Of a DNA stretch of 64,000 nt, positions 57,834 to 64,000 are shown in pieces (positions within the stretch are counted from its first letter, which is position 1; every line of letters begins with the position of its first letter). This stretch comes from Nibricoccus sp. Lineage in GTDB: Bacteria; Verrucomicrobiota; Verrucomicrobiia; Opitutales; Opitutaceae. The stretch covers positions 3,392,001 to 3,456,000 of the forward strand of contig JASGHG010000001.1 in NCBI GenBank assembly GCA_047602425.1. Direction: 5' to 3'. The position numbers were made by a program, and so were the translations under genes. The notes under the pieces were generated by a model. The model searched no databases. It worked only from the letters and a program-made list of their open reading frames with translations, and was not told where the DNA came from.

Positions 57834-58393
57834 GAAATGACGTCCGCGGCGTGCTGGCGGGCATGAGCGGCCCCGAAAATCCGCGCAAAAACCAATGCGA
57901 AACCGGCGAGGGCGACCAAGAGCATGGTCGATGTTCCATCGGGGACCGATGTCGAACCCTTTCGTAGCGTCAAGCGAATCGTCCAGTTCCAATCGTCCAA
58001 CGCGACACCGGAATTCAGCGTGAAAACTCCATCGATCATATCGCCCCCAGCCGTGCCAAAGCTCACCCGGGGAAGTTCATCGTAGGCGACAAATGTCGGC
58101 ACGGCGAACAACGGATTTATGAAGGGCCCGACTGCCGGCATTTCACGGCGGACCAGAGAGTGAATTTCGGCCACATTGGGAAATCCGCTCACGTCCGCGA
58201 CCTGATAGTTAAAACTCCAGAATCCGCTGGGGCTAAAAGACACTGGCGAGATACCGATCGCGCCGACGCCGTCGATTTGGACATCAAAGCTCGTTTGGCT
58301 ATCGGCAAAGTAAGTGATCGTTTCGCCTGAAGCCGGTCGCGAGAGAACGACCGCCGCAATAAAAATGAATATGAATGAAGTGATACTTTTCAT
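57830..58393 (-). CDS. VPDSG-CTERM (PEP-CTERM-like) sorting-signal protein
   Basis: Signal peptide plus C-terminal VPDGTSTMLLVALAGFALVFAR. Confidence 0.8.
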   Translation of the reverse strand: MKSITSFIFIFIAAVVLSRPASGETITYFADSQTSFDVQIDGVGAIGISPVSFSPSGFWSFNYQVADVSGFPNVAEIHSLVRREMPAVGPFINPLFAVPTFVAYDELPRVSFGTAGGDMIDGVFTLNSGVALDDWNWTIRLTLRKGSTSVPDGTSTMLLVALAGFALVFARIFGAAHARQHAADVIS

Positions 58394-58789
58394 CTGCAGA
58401 GTATGTTGAGTTTTTTGATCTATTCCTCCGACCGATCGAACAGCGCCGATCTGGGTTTCAAATCAGCACGTGAAATAACGCCTGAAAAATTTTGGCGTCT
58501 GAAAATCTCCACCCGACGAAAAAGCATAAGGCATACCCCGTCGGCCTGCGGCTGGATCCGGCCACGTAAGACGTTTTTGTTGCGCGGATAGAAAAACCGC
58601 AAATTTGAGGGGCAGTTCGAACTCTGACGACTCTCCCATGGAACGCGTTAAGTATTCCGACAGATTTCATCGTTGGTCTCTTTCTCAAAGCTTGATGGGA
58701 GAACCGCCGGTTCTGGTGTTACCGTGTGGACGATGTCTTTTGACTTCTCCACACAGAAACGCCCCAAACCGGAACCGACTTTTCGGGCC

Positions 58790-60160
58790 ATGCTGGCGAA
58801 GTTGCTGCTGATGATGGTTTATATCGGCTCTGGTGTTTCGGTGCGGGCTGGTGAAAACGATATTCCCTCGCCCGGAAAGCTGATCGAAAAAGTAACCTGT
58901 GTCGCCGACGCCACGCAGAGTTTTGCGCTGTATTTGCCGTCCAACTACGATCCGGCGAAAAAATGGCCGGTGCTTTTTTGTTTCGATCCCGGTGCGCGCG
59001 GTCGCAGGCCGGTCGAATGTTTTCAGGCCGGAGCGGAGAAATTCGGCTACATCGTGGTCGGCTCAAATAATTCGCGCAACGGCCCGTGGCCGGACAACGC
59101 GAAGGCGATCGAGGCGATGCTCCGCGAGACGTTTTCCCGTTGGTCGGTGGACCGCAGCCGGCTTTACGCGGCGGGGCTTTCGGGTGGCGCGCGCGTCGCG
59201 CCCCAGCTTGGCCTCTCGTCATTGGTTCGTGGTGTCGTCGCCTGCAGCGGAGCTTTTCCTCAAAGTCAGACGCCCTCCAAGGTGCCTTGTTTGTTTTTCG
59301 GGACCGCGGGCATCGACGACTTCAACTACTCCGAGTTGCGGAATGTAGACGACGACCTGGACAAGCTCGGCGCGCCGCACCGGATCGTGACGTTTGCCGG
59401 CGGGCACGAATGGCCGCCCGCCGAGACGGCGGTGGAAGCCATCGAGTGGCTGGAAATCCAGTCGATGCGCGTGGGGTTGCGCGAAAAAAATTCTGCGGTC
59501 ATCGAGGCCAGTTGCGCGCGCCGGCTTGCGGGGCTTTCCGCGCTGCCGATTCCGGAGCGCTGGCTCGAAACCAAATCGCTCCTCGCGGATTTCAAGGGCC
59601 TCGTCGATACGACCGAACTGGTGGACGCGGAAGCCAAACTCGCGAAAACCCGGGAGCTGCGCGACTGGCGAAAGGCGGAACGCGCGGCGGACCGTCAGCA
59701 GACGGCCCTGATCGAACAGTGGCAGGAAAGCGTCACGGAGAGCGTCGTCGCCTCGTGGCAGAAACGAGCGGCTGCGCCGGAGGATTCCCCGGACCGCCGT
59801 CTCGCTCGGCGCGTGATCCAAGGGGCTTCGGTCAAGGCGATGGAATCTGCGCGCGAATTTATCCGCAACGAGCAGTACGCCGAGGCCGTTGCCCGACTCG
59901 AAATCGCCACGGTGCTCCAGCCCGACCGGGCCGGCACGTGGTTCGAACTCGCCCGCGCTCGAGCTCTAGACGGCAGCAAAAAGACCGCGCTCGCGGCGTT
60001 GGTACAGGCGGCCAAACGCGGCTACAAAGACGCTGCCCGCGTCGAGCATGAGAAAGCCTTTGCAGCCCTGAAAAACGACGCCGGATTTCAGGACGTGCTG
60101 CGCGCTATCGCCGAAAACCAAGCCGCAGAAAAACTATCTGCCCCAAACCCCAAAACCTGA
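58790..60160 (+). CDS. Exported alpha/beta-hydrolase (esterase-like) with a C-terminal TPR region
   Basis: ALYLPSNYD, GLSGG nucleophile elbow, GHEWPP, and TPR TWFELARARAL. Start uncertain. Confidence 0.8.
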   Translation: MLAKLLLMMVYIGSGVSVRAGENDIPSPGKLIEKVTCVADATQSFALYLPSNYDPAKKWPVLFCFDPGARGRRPVECFQAGAEKFGYIVVGSNNSRNGPWPDNAKAIEAMLRETFSRWSVDRSRLYAAGLSGGARVAPQLGLSSLVRGVVACSGAFPQSQTPSKVPCLFFGTAGIDDFNYSELRNVDDDLDKLGAPHRIVTFAGGHEWPPAETAVEAIEWLEIQSMRVGLREKNSAVIEASCARRLAGLSALPIPERWLETKSLLADFKGLVDTTELVDAEAKLAKTRELRDWRKAERAADRQQTALIEQWQESVTESVVASWQKRAAAPEDSPDRRLARRVIQGASVKAMESAREFIRNEQYAEAVARLEIATVLQPDRAGTWFELARARALDGSKKTALAALVQAAKRGYKDAARVEHEKAFAALKNDAGFQDVLRAIAENQAAEKLSAPNPKT

Positions 60161-60177
60161 CCCTGTTCGGCTCCTTT

Positions 60178-60732
60178 TTAGACATCATTATCAAGAAGCA
60201 TTTTCTTTAAAATCACTTCACCAAGCTTCCACTCATTTTCCCAGTTCTTTGTGGGCGCTTCAAAAATCACCAAAAACAGGGTTCCGGTTTTATCATTCGC
60301 AATCAACAAATGGCAGATCGTCACACTCGTAATTCCCTTGGACGCATCGACATATCGGAATCTCACAGCTTTGAATGGTCCGTGATCGAAAGCCATCTGT
60401 TCATCTAACTTATGTTTCGTTGCAGCTTCCTGCGCAAACGCGACCGCATACGCGGACGGAGGCATTCCGGCCTTCGCTGGAATGTCGCGAACACAATTGA
60501 GTGTGAGCCCAGTCTCAAAACGTCCCTTTTTCTGAATACTCTCTTTCGTAATGAAGAGAGCGGTAGTCGTGCCGCTTTGATCTTCTTTATAGAACCAATC
60601 GTTCGGCCGTAGTATTGCAGCCTTTATCGTCGGCACCTCCTGCCACAGGAAACCGTTCGGTGCCACCGGTAACTCTGTAGCAGCGCAGCACGTCGCGAAG
60701 ACGAAAACGATAACGTAAATGTATTTTTTCAT
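60178..60732 (-). CDS. Exported hypothetical protein, AT-richer than its neighbours
   Basis: MKKYIYVIVFVFATCC signal peptide; 184 aa from ATG 60732. Confidence 0.75.
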   Translation of the reverse strand: MKKYIYVIVFVFATCCAATELPVAPNGFLWQEVPTIKAAILRPNDWFYKEDQSGTTTALFITKESIQKKGRFETGLTLNCVRDIPAKAGMPPSAYAVAFAQEAATKHKLDEQMAFDHGPFKAVRFRYVDASKGITSVTICHLLIANDKTGTLFLVIFEAPTKNWENEWKLGEVILKKMLLDNDV

Positions 60733-60806
60733 CTTTTGCCGAACGTTGTGTAGGCTTTTTCGCAGTTGCAGGATTGAGGCCCGCAATTTCTTGAATGGAT
60801 TTTTGT

Positions 60807-60853
60807 GGTAGGCCGTGAGGTAACGGCGGCTTTTGTAGCCGCCGCCCGTTAGG
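60807..60853. repeat. GTAG-containing REP-like / terminator hairpin downstream of the fumarase gene
   Basis: GGTAGGCCGTGAGGTAACGGCGGCT-tttgt-AGCCGCCG: two GTAG motifs and a GC-rich stem. Confidence 0.45.
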
Positions 60854-60860
60854 AAAACGC

Positions 60861-62507
60861 TTACTTCTTCGTGCCGCTGGCGACGACGGTGTTGGCTTGG
60901 ACGAAGAAGTCGTTGCCTTTGTCGTCGACGAGGATGAAGGCGGGGAAGTCGACGACTTCGATCTTCCAGACAGCTTCCATGCCGAGCTCGGGATATTCGA
61001 GGGTTTCGACTTTCTTGATGTTTTCCTTCGCGAGGATCGCGGCGGGGTCGCCGATCGAGCCGAGGTAGAAACCTTTGTACTTCGCGCAGGCGTCGGTTAC
61101 CTGTTTCGAGCGGTTCCCCTTCGCGATCATCACCATCGAACCGCCCATCGACTGGAAGAGGTCGACGTAGCTGTCCATGCGGCCGGCGGTCGTGGGACCG
61201 AAGCTGCCGGAGGCGTAGCCGACGGGGGTCTTGGCCGGACCGGCGTAGTAAACGGGGTGGTTCTTGATGTAGTCGGGCAGGCCTTTGCCGGAATCGACGC
61301 GTTCCTTCAACTTGGCGTGGGCGATGTCGCGGGCGACAACCATCGGACCGGTGAGCAGCACGCGGGTGGTGACCGGGTGCTTCGAGAGTTCGGCGCGGAT
61401 TTTGTCCATCGGCTGGTTAAGGTCGATGCGGACGGGCTTGTCGTCTTTTAGCGTGCGGAGATGGTTCGGGATGAACTGGCCGGGGTTGGTCTCCATCTTT
61501 TCGACAAAGATGCCGTCCTTGGTGATCTTGGCCTTGATATTGCGGTCGGCGGAACAGGAGACGCCCATGCCGACGGGGCAACTGGCGCCGTGGCGGGGGA
61601 GGCGGATGACGCGGACGTCGAGGGCGAAGTATTTGCCGCCGAACTGGGCGCCGACGCCGCTCTTTTCGGCGATATCGAGAACCATCTTTTCGGCTTCGAG
61701 GTCGCGGAAGGCCTGGCCGAGTTTGTTACCCTTGGTCGGGAGCGCGTCGTAGTATTTGGCGGAGGCGATCTTGACGGTCTTGAGGCAGGCTTCGGCGCTG
61801 GTGCCGCCGATGACGAAGACGAGGTGGTACGGTGGGCAGGCGGCGGTGCCGAGCATCTTCATCTTTTCGGTGAAGAAGGCGGCAAGGCTCTTTGGGTTGA
61901 GCAACGCTTTTGTCTCTTGGAAAAGGTACGTCTTATTGGCCGAGCCGCCGCCCTTGGCGACGAAAAGGAATTCGTATTTCTGGCCCTCGGTGGCGAGGAT
62001 GTCGATTTGGGCGGGGAGATTGGTTCCGGTATTGACCTCCTCATACATGTCGAGGGCGGCGGTCTGGGAATAGCGGAGGTTTTCCTGCGTGTAGACGTCG
62101 TAGACGCCTTTGCTGAGCCATTCCGCGTCGTTGGCGCCGGTCCAGACCTGCTGACCTTTCTTGGCGACGATGGTGGCGGTGCCGGTGTCCTGACAGAAAG
62201 GCAGAATGCCTTCGGCGGAGATTTCGGCGTTCTTGAGCATGGTGAGGGCGACGTATTTGTCGTTCTCGGAGGCCTGCGGGTCGTCGAGGATGCCGGCGAC
62301 CTGTTTCAGGTGCTTCGCGCGGAGGAAAAAGGACGTGTCGTGCAACGCCTGTTGGGCGACGTAGGCGAGGGCGGACGGTTCAATCTTGAGGATCTCTTTG
62401 CCCTCGAAGGTCGTCGTAGAGACGCCTTCTTTCGAGAGAAGGCGATACTCGGTTTCGTCGGTGCCGAGGGGGAATGGGTCTTGGTAGGAGAACGGAGGCG
62501 TGGCCAT
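60861..62507 (-). CDS. fumA: Class I (Fe-S) fumarate hydratase
   Basis: [41 protein letters not shown] and GPTTAGRMD motifs. Confidence 0.95.
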   Translation of the reverse strand: MATPPFSYQDPFPLGTDETEYRLLSKEGVSTTTFEGKEILKIEPSALAYVAQQALHDTSFFLRAKHLKQVAGILDDPQASENDKYVALTMLKNAEISAEGILPFCQDTGTATIVAKKGQQVWTGANDAEWLSKGVYDVYTQENLRYSQTAALDMYEEVNTGTNLPAQIDILATEGQKYEFLFVAKGGGSANKTYLFQETKALLNPKSLAAFFTEKMKMLGTAACPPYHLVFVIGGTSAEACLKTVKIASAKYYDALPTKGNKLGQAFRDLEAEKMVLDIAEKSGVGAQFGGKYFALDVRVIRLPRHGASCPVGMGVSCSADRNIKAKITKDGIFVEKMETNPGQFIPNHLRTLKDDKPVRIDLNQPMDKIRAELSKHPVTTRVLLTGPMVVARDIAHAKLKERVDSGKGLPDYIKNHPVYYAGPAKTPVGYASGSFGPTTAGRMDSYVDLFQSMGGSMVMIAKGNRSKQVTDACAKYKGFYLGSIGDPAAILAKENIKKVETLEYPELGMEAVWKIEVVDFPAFILVDDKGNDFFVQANTVVASGTKK

Positions 62508-62640
62508 AAGTTGGGAAATTTACCGGAATGTGCGGCGTTTGTGGTGCCAGAAAAGCGGAGGCGCGTAAGAATTAGCGGAGGTTGCGGAGGGCTTAAGTTG
62601 GATGCGTGGGGTGCTACGAAGGGGAAAAGGAGGGAAGTAT

Positions 62641-62820
62641 TTTGCCACAGAGGTCACAGAGCTCGGACACAGAGGCAGGAAGAGGTCGGAGGGTAAGAGG
62701 GCACGGTGAGGACGGAGTTTCTAACCACTGATTTTCACTGATAAGCGGCGGAATGGAAATTTTTGTCTTTGGATTTCTCTGTGAACTCTGTGTCGGAGCT
62801 CTGTGTCCTCTGTGGCGAAA
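62641..62820. repeat. Long palindromic repeat built from CACAGAG units, with a nested CACTGAT half-element
   Basis: GCCACAGAGGTCACAGAGCTCGGACACAGAG is inverted at CTCTGTGTCGGAGCTCTGTGTCCTCTGTGGC; internal TAACCACTGATTTTCACTGAT. Confidence 0.88.
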
Positions 62821-62841
62821 AGATCGGAGAAGCTTTATTTC

Positions 62842-63828
62842 TTATAGCAGCTTCATCTTGGGAAGATCCTGCACATCGACGAGGCCTACGGGGCGATGGG
62901 TGGCATCGACGGCGATGAGGTCGTCGATTTTGTAGCGGTCGAACATCCGGAGGGCTTCCACCGCGAGCGCATCCATTGAAACGACTTTGGGAGAACGTGT
63001 CATGAATTTGGATACAGGCTGGAGGAGAAAGTCGGGCGTGCTGATGATGTTACGCCGCAGATCGCCGTCGGTCAGGATGCCGGCGAGTTTGCCGTCTGAA
63101 GCGGTGAGGGCAATGCTTCCGCTCTTGGCGGCGGTCATGCTGAGCAAGGCGTCTTTGACCAAGCTCGTGTCGGGCAATACTGGGAAACGTTCGCCGGTGC
63201 GCATGATGTCGCTGACTTTAAGCAGGAGGACCGTGCCGAGATTGCCGGCGGGGTGCAGACGGGCGAAGTCATCGCGGGTGAAGCCGCGGCTTTCGAGAAG
63301 AACCATTGCAAGCGCGTCGCCGAGCGCGAGGGCCGCAGTGGTGCTGGCGGTTGGCGCAAGGCTCAGCGGGCAAGCTTCCTGCGGGACGCGATAAAGGAGT
63401 TTGTGGTCGGCGTCTTTGGCGAGTTCGGAGTCGGGATTACTGGTGAGCGCGACGATGGGCAGGCCGAACCTTTTCAAAAGCGGAATAAGACGCAGGATTT
63501 CCTGAGTCTGGCCGCTGTTCGACAAAAGGATCGCCAGATCGCCTTCTTCGCAAAGCCCCAGGTCGCCGTGGAGCGCTTGCGTAGCATCGAGAAAACACGA
63601 GGACACGCCAGTGCTATTGAAGGTGCCAACGAGCTTTTGGGCGATGTGGGCGGACTTGCCGACGCCGCTGAAAATGAGTTTGCCCCCGCTGGTGGCGGTT
63701 TCTTCGACCGCGCAGGCGACGGTGACGAAGGATTCGTCGAGAGCTTTGGCGGTGGCATCGAGTGCGTCGGTCTCGACGCGGATACAGGCGCGGGCGCGTT
63801 CGAGGGCGGTTTTTGAGTTGAGGGCCAT
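62842..63828 (-). CDS. kdsD: KpsF/GutQ family arabinose-5-phosphate isomerase (SIS + 2 CBS)
   Basis: GVGKS, HGDLG, SNSG, EACPLSLAPTAST, HPAGNLG and TDGDLRR motifs. Confidence 0.93.
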   Translation of the reverse strand: MALNSKTALERARACIRVETDALDATAKALDESFVTVACAVEETATSGGKLIFSGVGKSAHIAQKLVGTFNSTGVSSCFLDATQALHGDLGLCEEGDLAILLSNSGQTQEILRLIPLLKRFGLPIVALTSNPDSELAKDADHKLLYRVPQEACPLSLAPTASTTAALALGDALAMVLLESRGFTRDDFARLHPAGNLGTVLLLKVSDIMRTGERFPVLPDTSLVKDALLSMTAAKSGSIALTASDGKLAGILTDGDLRRNIISTPDFLLQPVSKFMTRSPKVVSMDALAVEALRMFDRYKIDDLIAVDATHRPVGLVDVQDLPKMKLL

Positions 63829-63901
63829 TTAGGATTGAATCGCGGGGAAGCTTGCTGAAGTTAGAGGTTACCTTTTACCATTCAATTCCTTTTCCGACCT
63901 G

Positions 63902-64000
63902 ATGAGGACCCGTTTGTTTTCCCTTCTAGCTTTGGCTGCACTGATTTTTGTGGCGGGTTGTGAGCGCGCGGACGTCGCGGCTTTCACGGTCGAAGGCGAC
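63902..64000 (+). CDS. 5' end of a lipoprotein, truncated by the window edge
   Basis: MRTRLFSLLALAALIFVAGC with lipobox VAGC. Confidence 0.7.
   Translation, partial: MRTRLFSLLALAALIFVAGCERADVAAFTVEGD

Noticed and set aside
44775..62820. CRISPR interpretation of the CACGGAT/CACAGAG repeats
   Set aside because: They are inverted arms made of short units without unique spacers, and no cas genes are present.

Overview
A GC-rich bacterial chromosomal segment, most consistent with Verrucomicrobiota (Opitutaceae-like). The basis is a VPDSG-type PEP-CTERM protein, three TonB-C proteins and an ECF sigma factor with a long membrane-anchored C-terminal extension. Housekeeping genes: sucA-sucB-lpdA, SUI1/yciH, nadK, tlyA, lnt, a MATE transporter, a UvrD-family helicase, class I fumarase and kdsD. 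Carbohydrate genes: two GH94 phosphorylases, GH43+CBM13, PL9, an L-galactose oxidation triplet and a divergent UxaE-like epimerase. There are also two hybrid histidine kinases. Two candidates for poorly described systems stand out. (1) A tightly coupled four-gene specialised Hsp70 operon at 30772-36660: a J-like (QPD) helical protein, a truncated GrpE-like protein, an Hsp70 with an inserted Pro-rich linker plus Ig-like domain, and a TPR-membrane anchor. (2) A divergent pair at 429-6691: a PilM/actin-like-PEGA-TonB-C trans-envelope fusion and an AglZ/FrzS-like pseudo-receiver with a coiled coil of about 900 aa. Intergenic DNA carries several families of palindromic repeats (CACAGAG/CACGGAT inverted repeats, GTAG-REP-like units, a TAGAGC-ended MITE-like element) and one gene with integron-cassette-like boundaries. 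No rRNA, tRNA, CRISPR array, transposase or integrase was recognised. All family assignments come from motif recognition by eye, not from database searches.
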